A DNA stretch of 64,000 nt. It comes from an uncultured Bacteroides sp. (GTDB taxonomy: Bacteria > Bacteroidota > Bacteroidia > Bacteroidales > Muribaculaceae). Every line of letters starts with the position of its first letter. Position 1 is the first letter of the stretch. The position numbers and the translations under genes are program-made. The stretch is from contig CAZJKZ010000004.1 of assembly GCA_964546885.1 (NCBI GenBank), positions 25,938 to 89,937 on the forward strand, in the 5' to 3' direction. The notes under the pieces were generated by a model. It did no database searches. It saw nothing but the letters and a program-made list of their open reading frames with translations, and had not been told where the DNA came from. Shown piece by piece: positions 38,221 through 47,515 of the stretch.

Positions 38221-39537
38221 ATGATTCTAATTATTGATGATGATAAAGCGATACGTCTGTCTCTCGGTCTGCTTTTGAAACGAGCAGGATATGAGGTTGA
38301 CTATGCAGAAAACCCGGATGAGGCACTAAGTAAGATGAGGAATAATAAATATGACCTCATTTTTATGGACATGAACTATAGCCGCTCCACCAGTGGGGAG
38401 GAAGGAATAGAATTGTTGTGCAAGACAAAAATAATAATCCCTGATACTCCCGTGATTTTAATCACGGCATGGGGCAGCATTGATCTTGCTGTAGAAGGAA
38501 TGCGCCATGGCGCTCACGATTTTATTACCAAGCCTTGGAACAACCTTCTGCTTTTGCAACGCACCCAGACAGCAATAAAGCTTAATGCCAAAGAAAATGA
38601 AGAATCATCTCAGTTTGACCGTGCCGGTATCATCGGTAAAAGCGAATCGCTGAACGAGCTTCTTTCCACTGTTGAGAGAATAGCGCATACCGATGCACCT
38701 GTGCTGATCTTAGGCGAAAACGGCACAGGCAAAGAGATGATAGCCAAGGCTATCCATATCAATAGCCGTAGACGTGACAATCCGTTCGTAATGGTAAATT
38801 TGGGAGGTATACCACAGTCATTGTTTGAAAGTGAGATGTTTGGTCATGTAAAAGGTGCTTTTACAGGAGCTTTGTCTTCAAGAGCAGGCCGCTTCGAACT
38901 TGCCGATACCGGGACAATATTTCTTGACGAAATAGGCGATCTCGACATGACATGTCAAGTGAAGATGTTAAGGGTGCTCCAGCAACATACTTTTGAACAG
39001 ATAGGCGACAGTATCCCTCGGAAGGTTGACATACGTGTGATTAGCGCCACCAACGCCGATCTGACCTCAATGGTGAGCGACCGAACTTTTCGAGAAGATC
39101 TTTTTTACAGAATTAATCTTATTACTCTGCATCTGCCTGCGCTACGCGAAAGGAGAGAGGATATTCCGCTGCTTGTGCGTCATTTCATAAATCAGACGGC
39201 AAAAGCCCAGAATATTCCAGTGCCCCAAATTGAATCAGAGGCTATGGATTATCTTACCCGACTACCCTACCCAGGCAATATACGTCAGCTGAAGAACATG
39301 GTTGAACGGGCTGTACTGATAGGTGGACAACAGCTAAAGAAAAGTGTGTTTGAATCCATTCCGGGGATTGGAAAAGAATTGGTAATGAAACCATCAGGCA
39401 CCTTAGACGATTTGGAAAGAAAAGCGATAGTAGAGGTGCTTGACGAATCAAAAGGCAACTTAAGCCATGCTGCCCGAATACTCGGCATCTCACGCCAAAC
39501 TTTATACCGCCGAATGGAAAAATACAACATCAAATAG
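38221..39537 (+). CDS. sigma54-dependent NtrC-family response regulator
   Basis: REC domain (DDD...D...KPW), GENGTGKE, GAFTGA, FREDLFYR, Fis-type HTH. Confidence 0.96.
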   Translation: MILIIDDDKAIRLSLGLLLKRAGYEVDYAENPDEALSKMRNNKYDLIFMDMNYSRSTSGEEGIELLCKTKIIIPDTPVILITAWGSIDLAVEGMRHGAHDFITKPWNNLLLLQRTQTAIKLNAKENEESSQFDRAGIIGKSESLNELLSTVERIAHTDAPVLILGENGTGKEMIAKAIHINSRRRDNPFVMVNLGGIPQSLFESEMFGHVKGAFTGALSSRAGRFELADTGTIFLDEIGDLDMTCQVKMLRVLQQHTFEQIGDSIPRKVDIRVISATNADLTSMVSDRTFREDLFYRINLITLHLPALRERREDIPLLVRHFINQTAKAQNIPVPQIESEAMDYLTRLPYPGNIRQLKNMVERAVLIGGQQLKKSVFESIPGIGKELVMKPSGTLDDLERKAIVEVLDESKGNLSHAARILGISRQTLYRRMEKYNIK

Positions 39538-39553
39538 CAGATCAAAAGTACAG

Positions 39554-40834
39554 ATGAACGCGAGGTACTTATTTTTCAGCTTATTATTATGCATCATAGG
39601 CATCATTGGAATATTGCTATATGTGCCTGAGAGATTTCTATGGTGGATATATGTGCCTGCTGTACTGGCTCTTATATTTCTAATCCTGCTATGGCGCAGT
39701 GTACTTATGAAATCCCTAACTGTTACCAAGGGTATGGAGCTTATAAAGGCACAGGACTTCAACAACCGCCTGCGTGCAGTGCATGAAACTGAGTCGGATA
39801 AGATTGTGGAGCTTTTCAATCATATGATCGACAAGCTACGCAACGAGCGGCTTAATAATCAAGAACAAAACAGCTTCTTAAAACTTCTGATAGAGGCCTC
39901 TCCTATGGGCATTGCCCTACTCGATTATGACGGGAAACTGGTGATAATGAACGAATCGTTTGTACGATTAACAAAGATATCTGAACCTCAAAAATATATT
40001 GGTAAAAATATAAGCGAACTTCCGTCCAAGCTTGCCCAAAAGATGCTTGAAGTGGCCTTAGGCGAAAATCATATTATAAGCCTGGGCGACATAAAGCGCT
40101 ACCGCTGTTTCCATTTAAGCTTCATTCAGAATGGTTTTAAACGTAGATTTTTTCTTCTGGAGAGCCTTACAGAAGAAATGATGAAGGCTGAACGCTCCGC
40201 CTATGAAAAGGTGATTAGAATCATCTCACATGAGGTGAACAACACCATGGGAGGAGTACGATCCATACTCGAAACACTCTATGCAATTTGCGAGGAAGAT
40301 GATTTGAAAGAGGTGATAGAGAGCTGCGAAAACCGATGCAATCAAATGTGTAACTTCATAAGCTCTTATGCCGATGTGGTGCGCGTGCCGGAGCCTGTGC
40401 TACAGAGAGTGGAGATAAATCAAATGCTGAAAAATATGATGCCCTTTTTGCTGGGCATGATTCCGGAAAATATTAAACTCTCTTTTACCCCTCTTAAAGG
40501 AGATCACTCAGTGCGTTTGGATTTGGCTCTGATTCAACAGGTGATTGTAAACATTGTGAAAAATGCCGTAGAAAGCATTGAGGGAACAGGAAATATTAAT
40601 ATAATCATCGAAAAGATTGACAGACATGTGTCTCTCACAATTTCTAACGACGGTAAGCCTATCACAGAAGAGGTGTCGAGAAGTCTTTTCAGCCCTTTTT
40701 TCACCACTAAACGCTCTGGAAGAGGCCTAGGATTGACTCTCATCAGCGAAATCCTAAACCGCCACAAAGCCAATTTTTCATTGTCCACTGACCCTGATGG
40801 TCTTACGCGCTTCCGGATAATGTTCGCTAGATGA
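39554..40834 (+). CDS. Sensor histidine kinase (2 TM, HAMP, PAS-like)
   Basis: SHEVNN H-box, N-box KNA, FFTTK, GRGLGL. ATG at 39554 preferred. Confidence 0.93.
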   Translation: MNARYLFFSLLLCIIGIIGILLYVPERFLWWIYVPAVLALIFLILLWRSVLMKSLTVTKGMELIKAQDFNNRLRAVHETESDKIVELFNHMIDKLRNERLNNQEQNSFLKLLIEASPMGIALLDYDGKLVIMNESFVRLTKISEPQKYIGKNISELPSKLAQKMLEVALGENHIISLGDIKRYRCFHLSFIQNGFKRRFFLLESLTEEMMKAERSAYEKVIRIISHEVNNTMGGVRSILETLYAICEEDDLKEVIESCENRCNQMCNFISSYADVVRVPEPVLQRVEINQMLKNMMPFLLGMIPENIKLSFTPLKGDHSVRLDLALIQQVIVNIVKNAVESIEGTGNINIIIEKIDRHVSLTISNDGKPITEEVSRSLFSPFFTTKRSGRGLGLTLISEILNRHKANFSLSTDPDGLTRFRIMFAR

Positions 40835-40875
40835 TAAAAAATCCGACAATTTAATTAAATTGTCGGATTTTTTAT
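40834..40875. terminator. Bidirectional intrinsic terminator, perfect 42-bp palindrome
   Basis: ATAAAAAATCCGACAATTTAA|TTAAATTGTCGGATTTTTTAT between convergent genes. Confidence 0.85.
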
Positions 40876-40876
40876 T

Positions 40877-41173
40877 TTAGAGTGCAGTATTAACCATGTA
40901 CTCAAGCTGTGCCAATTTCTTCTTACCACTCTCTCGCATGAGTTCATCGCCTTCCTTGAAAAGGATGTAGGTGGGATATTCTTGGAGTTTGTAGTGTACC
41001 TTATACTCTCCATTGTACGAAGCATCTACACGCTCGATATTTAATTTATCGCCATACTTTGCTTCGAGCTCCTGAAGAAGATACTTCACTTCTACTGCAT
41101 CCTGATTACCGGCATGCTGGAATACTACCAATGTAGGTATCGATTCCTTAATTTTTTTTTCAAACTTTTTCAT
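40877..41173 (-). CDS. Thioredoxin-fold protein lacking CxxC
   Basis: PTLVVF..., VD, YPTYILFKEG...RESG pattern; the 98-aa protein has no Cys. Confidence 0.75.
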   Translation of the reverse strand: MKKFEKKIKESIPTLVVFQHAGNQDAVEVKYLLQELEAKYGDKLNIERVDASYNGEYKVHYKLQEYPTYILFKEGDELMRESGKKKLAQLEYMVNTAL

Positions 41174-41267
41174 ATATGTATAATTCTTAGATTTTTCTAT
41201 TCTTTATACATATATAACAAAACAACCAAAAATAAGGTTTTTGATTTTGCGAAAAGATTAACCGGAT

Positions 41268-42125
41268 TTATTTTACCGCTTTGAAACTCATGTCGAGTCC
41301 CTTTACCGAATGGGTGAGCGCACCGACTGATATGAAGTCAACGCCACACTCGCCGTACTGACGAAGATTTTCAAGAGTAATACCTCCAGACGACTCTATC
41401 TCGATATGAGGCGCTTTAGAACGTATAAGCTCTACAGCAGCCTTTGTACGCTCAGGTGTGAAATTGTCAAGCATGATACGATCCACATTTTGGGCGATTG
41501 CTTGCATAATCTCCTCTTCATTTCGCACCTCCTGCTCGATTTTCAAATTCTTATGGTTGCGTTTCAAATATGCTCGCACAGCCTGTACAGCTTGAGGAAT
41601 ACCTCCCGCAAAATCAGTGTGGTTGTCCTTTATCAAAATCATATCGAATAGACCTATCCGGTGATTGCAACCACCTCCGATTTTCACAGCCTCCTTCTCG
41701 AGCAGACGCATTCCGGGAGTTGTCTTACGCGTATCCAGCACCTTGGTATTGAGTCCTTTCAGTTCGTTTTGATAGCGGGCAGTTGTTGTGGCTATACCAC
41801 TCATTCGCTGCATGATGTTGAGCATCGTGCGCTCAGTCTGGAGCAGCGATCTTACGGGTCCCGACACGACAAAAGCCACATCGCCCGGCTTAACATGCGC
41901 TCCGTCCTCAATAAACACCTCCATTTCGAGATCCGGGTCAAAACGCTCGAACACCTTTCTTGCAGCCTCTACACCGGCGAGGATTCCCTCCTCCTTTATG
42001 ATTAGCTGCTGCTTGCCATACGCACTTGCCGGTATGGTACTAAGGGTGGTGTGGTCGCCGTCGCCTATATCCTCTGAAAAGGCGAGGTCAATGAGTTGGT
42101 CAATAAGTTGATTTTTTTGTATCAT
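41268..42125 (-). CDS. nadC: Nicotinate-nucleotide pyrophosphorylase (carboxylating)
   Basis: DTRKTTPG, HR, KDNH, MLDNF and SVGALTHS motifs. Start at 42125; -7 box at 42162-42169. Confidence 0.96.
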   Translation of the reverse strand: MIQKNQLIDQLIDLAFSEDIGDGDHTTLSTIPASAYGKQQLIIKEEGILAGVEAARKVFERFDPDLEMEVFIEDGAHVKPGDVAFVVSGPVRSLLQTERTMLNIMQRMSGIATTTARYQNELKGLNTKVLDTRKTTPGMRLLEKEAVKIGGGCNHRIGLFDMILIKDNHTDFAGGIPQAVQAVRAYLKRNHKNLKIEQEVRNEEEIMQAIAQNVDRIMLDNFTPERTKAAVELIRSKAPHIEIESSGGITLENLRQYGECGVDFISVGALTHSVKGLDMSFKAVK

Positions 42126-42202
42126 AATTTCAGAAAATCTGTTTACCTTTGTAAGAGAATACAAAGTTACATCATTATTTCTAAAAATTTTAAATTTTCC
42201 CG

Positions 42203-42676
42203 ATGAAAATTTCACTATTGTGCGTTGGGCGCACCACCTACCCACCCTTCAGAGAGTCGATCGAACGATATACCCGGCGAATAATACATTATGTACCTTT
42301 CGACCTTAAAGAACTACCCGACATACGCACTACCAAGGGCATGACAGAGCAAAAGCAGAAGGAAATGGAAGGCGAGGCAATATTATCGGCTATTGGTCCC
42401 AACGACTATGTTATGCTCCTTGACGAACACGGGAAGGAATACACCTCACGGGAATTTTCCAAACTCCTATCTGACAAAATGGTGACACTACCGGGGCGCT
42501 TAGTGTTTGTGGTGGGTGGTCCTTACGGCTTTTCGGATAAAGTGTATTCATGCGCCAACTCCAAGATATCACTTTCAAAAATGACCTTTCCCCACGAGCT
42601 TGTACGCCTCTTTTTCGTAGAACAAATCTACAGAGCATACACAATAATGCGAGGCGAACCATATCACCATGATTAA
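42203..42676 (+). CDS. rlmH: 23S rRNA (pseudouridine1915-N3)-methyltransferase
   Basis: GGPYG, SLSKMTFPH, EQIYRA and PYHH motifs. Confidence 0.96.
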   Translation: MKISLLCVGRTTYPPFRESIERYTRRIIHYVPFDLKELPDIRTTKGMTEQKQKEMEGEAILSAIGPNDYVMLLDEHGKEYTSREFSKLLSDKMVTLPGRLVFVVGGPYGFSDKVYSCANSKISLSKMTFPHELVRLFFVEQIYRAYTIMRGEPYHHD

Positions 42677-42736
42677 AGAAAGTTCGTCTTAAAGGAAAAT
42701 ATCCATTTCGTATATATATTTATGTGATTCATCGAT

Positions 42737-42760
42737 AAAAGGAGCGTATTTGCTCCTTTT
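42737..42760. terminator. Intrinsic terminator after rlmH
   Basis: AAAAGGAGCG-TATT-TGCTCCTTTT. Confidence 0.65.
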
Positions 42761-42861
42761 TGCCATTTTTTTGCACTTTAGGCAGAAAACTATTGCCAAA
42801 ATTTGAGTAATTTTGCATTTGAATTCTTAGAGAAGAAACTAATCCAACTAAATCATAATTT

Positions 42862-44040
42862 ATGAGTGTAAAAAGATTAAAAACAGGAGCGCTGGCCATG
42901 AGTGTGGCCATGACAGGACTGCTCGCTTCATGCGGCGGTCAGCAACAGCAAGGCGGTATGCAGCAAGCAGCCCCGGAAATCACAGTGCTGAAAGTAGAAC
43001 CATCCACCTCAGAGCTTCAAGAATCTTATCCTGCCATCATCAAAGGAAAGACGGATATAGATATACGTCCGCAGGTGTCAGGATTCATCACCAAAGTACA
43101 CGTCGATGAGGGACAACACGTGACTAAAGGACAGACACTCTTCACCCTCGACCAAGTGACATTCCAAGCCGCTGTAGACCAAGCCCAAGCAGCCGTAAAC
43201 TCAGCAAAAGTGGCTGTAGCTAACGCTCAAATTACAGCCGACAATCAAAAACGTCTATACGAAAAGAACATCATCAGCGAATCGCAATACATAACAGCTG
43301 CCAATCAGCTGTCTATGGCCAAAGCACAGTTGTCGCAGGCTGAGGCTGCCCTTAACAGCGCGAAGAAAAATCTCTCTTACACCGTAGTGACGGCTCCCTC
43401 ATCTGGTGTTGTAGGCGCAATACCCAACCGCGAAGGATCCTTGGCTTCTCCGTCATCAGTTCAGCCTCTCACGACAATAAGCGATAATTCTCAAGTGTAC
43501 GCTTACTTCTCTCTAAACGAGAAAGACCTTCTTAACCTTACTGACAACGGCAAATATTCTCTCAATTCACGCATTGGCGAGATGCCTGCCGTAAAGCTTA
43601 TGCTCCCTACAGGTCAATACTATGGACTCGAAGGAAAAGTGGCTACCGTATCAGGGGTGCTTGACAATGCAACAGGGGCAGCCCAGGTACGTGCGCTCTT
43701 TGACAACCCCAGCGGTATGCTCCGCAGCGGATCGACAGGCCAGGTGGTAATACCGCAAAATAATGATAACGTATTGGTGATACCGCAAAAAGCCGTATTC
43801 GAGCTTCAGGACCTCAAATATGTGTATTGCATTAATGATTCGAATAAAGCTGTGTCAACACGCATCACTGTACTTGGAAACAACGACGGCAAGAACTATG
43901 TAGTGACTTCAGGACTTGAGCCGGGCCAGACAATAGCCATCGAAGGCGTAGGCACTGTAGTAAAGGATGGCGTCACAATTACCCCAAAAACAGCAGACCA
44001 AGCAGCTGCCCCCACAGCCCAGGCACAACAAGCAGAATAA
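42862..44040 (+). CDS. RND efflux membrane fusion lipoprotein (AcrA-like)
   Basis: Lipobox LASC, IRPQVSG, LSYTVVTAP; -7 box at 42808-42815. Confidence 0.93.
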   Translation: MSVKRLKTGALAMSVAMTGLLASCGGQQQQGGMQQAAPEITVLKVEPSTSELQESYPAIIKGKTDIDIRPQVSGFITKVHVDEGQHVTKGQTLFTLDQVTFQAAVDQAQAAVNSAKVAVANAQITADNQKRLYEKNIISESQYITAANQLSMAKAQLSQAEAALNSAKKNLSYTVVTAPSSGVVGAIPNREGSLASPSSVQPLTTISDNSQVYAYFSLNEKDLLNLTDNGKYSLNSRIGEMPAVKLMLPTGQYYGLEGKVATVSGVLDNATGAAQVRALFDNPSGMLRSGSTGQVVIPQNNDNVLVIPQKAVFELQDLKYVYCINDSNKAVSTRITVLGNNDGKNYVVTSGLEPGQTIAIEGVGTVVKDGVTITPKTADQAAAPTAQAQQAE

Positions 44041-44076
44041 TTTTAATCCATAAGCAAAGAAATTTATCCATTAATT

Positions 44077-47000
44077 ATGAGATTAGACACTTTTATTAAC
44101 AGGCCGGTGCTATCGACCGTTATATCAATCTTCATCGTGTTGCTTGGTATTATCGGTCTTGTTTCACTGCCAATTACACAATTTCCTGATATCGCTCCTC
44201 CTACTATCTCTGTTAGTACCACATATAGCGGTGCGAACGCACAGACCGTGCTTAACTCCGTAATAGCCCCTCTTGAAGAATCAATCAACGGTGCCGAAGG
44301 CATGGAGTATATCACCTCTACTGCTACCAACACCGGTAGTGCGAACATCACTGTGACTTTCAGGCAAGGATTTAACGCCGATATGGCAGCTGTGGATGTG
44401 CAGAATCGTGTAGCAAAAGCTCAAAACCTTCTGCCATCTGAAGTACTACAAGTGGGCGTGCTCACCCAAAAACGCCAGAGCTCAATGCTCGTGGGTATAT
44501 CGCTTTTCGACGAGAATGGCACATATACCGAAGAGTTTCTTGAGAACTATATGAAAATCAATATAATACCTCAATTACAGCGTGTCAACGGTGTGGGCGA
44601 CGTAATGGTGATGGGTGCTGACTATTCAATGCGTATTTGGCTTAAACCCGAAATGATGGCACAATACCATTTGATGCCTTCGGATATAAGCGCTGCCCTT
44701 GCAGAACAAAATATCGAAGCAGCACCCGGTGCGTTCGGCGAACAAGGCAACCAGACATTCCAATACACATTGAAATATAAAGGGCGTCTTTCTACTCCTG
44801 AGGAGTTTGGCGACATAGTAGTTCGCGCCACAAGTAATGGTGAAGTGCTCCGTCTTAAAGAGGTTGCCGACATAGAGCTTGGTCGTGTAACTTATGGTTT
44901 CCATTCCCAGCTCAATGGCAAGACCGGCTGTATGTGTATCGTGTTCCAGACAGCAGGTTCCAATGCTACCCAGATTATCAACGACTGCTTGGCTTTGGTT
45001 GACAACATAAAGAAGGAACTTCCCACTGGCATCGGTGTGGCTGTTCCGATGAACAACAACGACTTCCTTTACGCTTCGATCTACAACGTAATTAAAACTC
45101 TTATTGAGGCTTTCGTGCTTGTGTTCTTCGTGGTGTACCTCTTCCTTCAGGATCTCCGTTCTACAATCATCCCCGCAATAGCCATCCCGGTAGCGCTTAT
45201 AGGTACATTCTTCGTACTTAACCTAATTGGATTCTCCATCAACCTTATCACTCTTTCAGCTCTCGTACTGGCGATTGCGATTGTGGTGGATGATGCCATA
45301 GTGGTGGTAGAGGCAGTGCACGCCAAGCTTGATATGGGCTACAGCAGTGCACGGAGAGCCTCTATCGATGCAATGAACGAAATTGCAGGAGCACTTATCT
45401 CCATTACACTTGTAATGATGCTTGTGTTTATCCCTGTTTCGTTCATGCCCGGCACATCCGGTGTATTCTATCGCCAATTTGGTCTCACAATCGCCATTGC
45501 TGTAGGTTTTTCGGCTATCAATGCGCTTACCCTATCTCCGGCTCTATGCGCCGTGTTCCTCAAAGCTAAAGACGATCATCGCCCTGTGGCTCAGCGTGTC
45601 GGCGAGGCTATCAGCGCATCGGCCGAAGAAATGAAAAGACAATATAAGAGTCGATTCTCTCTCAACTTCCATCCCCTCATCACTCTCGCAGCTCTTATCG
45701 CCACCATCACTTTTATGATTCTTGAGTGGTTCTCGCTCCATAATATCGTACATCTGGTGATTGCCATCATCGTGGCTCTCATTGCTATAGTAGGTATGTT
45801 CAGCGCACGATTCCATGCAGCTTTCGAACACAGCTATAGCAAGCTGCTTAAAGGCTATACCAAACTCACGAAATTCTTCGCTCGTCATAAAATCACATCA
45901 TTCGGCATAGTAGGCATTTGCATTGCGCTTCTGGTGTGGCTTATGACACACACTGCCACCTCTCTTGTGCCCAATGAAGATACGGGTACATTCTTCGTGA
46001 TGCTCAATATGCCTCCGGGTACATCTCAGGAGCGCACAGGTGAAGAACTTGAAAAAATCAACAACATTCTCATGAAGCTTCCTGGCGTAAATATGGTGCA
46101 GATGGTAAATGGCTATAGCTTTATCGCAGGTCAAGGTCCAACTTACGGTACATTCATTGTTAAAATGAAGGACTGGGCAGAGCGAAGCGAAGAGGAAAGT
46201 GTGGACAACACTATATTAAAAGTATACGGTGCCACACGCCAATTTATCAAAGACGGTACAGTAGCAGCTTTCGCTCCTCCTATGATCACCGGATATTCAG
46301 CAACTAACGGTTTTGAAATTAAGATGCAGGATAAGACAGGCGGTGACATCAACAAATTCTTCGGGGTAGTACAAACATTCCTCGGGCAGCTTAACCAGCA
46401 ACCTGAGATTCAAGTGGCATATACCACATTCAACCCCACTTTCCCGCAATATATGGTAGATATCGATGAAGCCAAAGCTAAGCAAGCAGGTATAAGCCCG
46501 GCCACCATCTTGTCAACACTTCAAGGTTACTACGGCGGTATGTATGTTTCCAACTTCAACCGCTTTGGTAAAATCTACCGTGTGATGATGCAAGCAAATC
46601 CTGAAGCTCGTGTATCGCCTGAGACTCTCAACGCTATTAAGATCCGTAATGGGTCCGAGATGGCTCCGATTACACAATTTGTATCTCTCAGCCGCGTTTA
46701 TGGTCCTGACCTTCTTAACCGCTTCAACCTTTTCAACTCTATCAATGTCAATGGCCAGCCCGCTCCCGGATATTCGTCGGGCGACGCTATCGCAGCCATC
46801 GAACGTGTAGCCGCAGAGACACTTCCTCAAGGCTTCGGCTACGAATTCTCGGGTATGTCGCGTGAGGAGGCCTCACAAAGCTCAAGCTCTACCGCTGTGA
46901 TCTTCGGACTGTGCTTGCTGTTCGTTTATCTCCTTCTTTCAGCCCAGTACGAGAGCTATATGCTGCCATTCGCCGTTATCCTCTCAGTGCCCTTCGGCTT

Positions 47001-47451
47001 GATGGGTTCGTTTATCTTCGCAAATATCTTCGGTATTGATAACAACATCTATCTCCAGATCGCTCTTATCATGCTTATCGGTCTGTTGGCTAAGAACGCT
47101 ATCCTAATTGTGGAATTCGCGCTCGAACGCCGACACACAGGTATGTCGATATTCAACTCGGCTATCAACGGCGCGTCGGCACGTCTGCGACCAATCCTCA
47201 TGACCTCACTCGCCCTGATTATAGGCCTTATGCCGCTAATGTTTGCCGAGGGCGTAGGAGCCAACGGTAACCGAGCATTAGGAGCCGGCTCAATCGGCGG
47301 TATGCTCATCGGTATGATATTACAGATATTTATCGTGCCCGCCCTCTTTATCGCCTTCCAAACACTTCAGGAGAAAATATCGCCAATCAAATGGAACGAC
47401 CAGGAGAAGGGCGGCAATATCGAGAACGAAATCGAGCAGTACGCAAGATAA
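44077..47451 (+). CDS. RND efflux permease (HAE1, AcrB-like) with an extra hydrophobic insertion
   Basis: FINRP, VVDDAIVVVE, AKNAILIVEF and RLRPILMTS motifs. Confidence 0.95.
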   Translation: MRLDTFINRPVLSTVISIFIVLLGIIGLVSLPITQFPDIAPPTISVSTTYSGANAQTVLNSVIAPLEESINGAEGMEYITSTATNTGSANITVTFRQGFNADMAAVDVQNRVAKAQNLLPSEVLQVGVLTQKRQSSMLVGISLFDENGTYTEEFLENYMKINIIPQLQRVNGVGDVMVMGADYSMRIWLKPEMMAQYHLMPSDISAALAEQNIEAAPGAFGEQGNQTFQYTLKYKGRLSTPEEFGDIVVRATSNGEVLRLKEVADIELGRVTYGFHSQLNGKTGCMCIVFQTAGSNATQIINDCLALVDNIKKELPTGIGVAVPMNNNDFLYASIYNVIKTLIEAFVLVFFVVYLFLQDLRSTIIPAIAIPVALIGTFFVLNLIGFSINLITLSALVLAIAIVVDDAIVVVEAVHAKLDMGYSSARRASIDAMNEIAGALISITLVMMLVFIPVSFMPGTSGVFYRQFGLTIAIAVGFSAINALTLSPALCAVFLKAKDDHRPVAQRVGEAISASAEEMKRQYKSRFSLNFHPLITLAALIATITFMILEWFSLHNIVHLVIAIIVALIAIVGMFSARFHAAFEHSYSKLLKGYTKLTKFFARHKITSFGIVGICIALLVWLMTHTATSLVPNEDTGTFFVMLNMPPGTSQERTGEELEKINNILMKLPGVNMVQMVNGYSFIAGQGPTYGTFIVKMKDWAERSEEESVDNTILKVYGATRQFIKDGTVAAFAPPMITGYSATNGFEIKMQDKTGGDINKFFGVVQTFLGQLNQQPEIQVAYTTFNPTFPQYMVDIDEAKAKQAGISPATILSTLQGYYGGMYVSNFNRFGKIYRVMMQANPEARVSPETLNAIKIRNGSEMAPITQFVSLSRVYGPDLLNRFNLFNSINVNGQPAPGYSSGDAIAAIERVAAETLPQGFGYEFSGMSREEASQSSSSTAVIFGLCLLFVYLLLSAQYESYMLPFAVILSVPFGLMGSFIFANIFGIDNNIYLQIALIMLIGLLAKNAILIVEFALERRHTGMSIFNSAINGASARLRPILMTSLALIIGLMPLMFAEGVGANGNRALGAGSIGGMLIGMILQIFIVPALFIAFQTLQEKISPIKWNDQEKGGNIENEIEQYAR

Positions 47452-47470
47452 AGCATTTTTGACATAAACC

Positions 47471-47497
47471 CCGCAGCCGGATAACTGCCGGCTGCGG
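47471..47497. other. GC-rich intercistronic hairpin without a U-tract
   Basis: CCGCAGCCGG-ATAACTG-CCGGCTGCGG. Confidence 0.7.
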
Positions 47498-47515
47498 ATA
47501 TCAAAAAGACAACAG

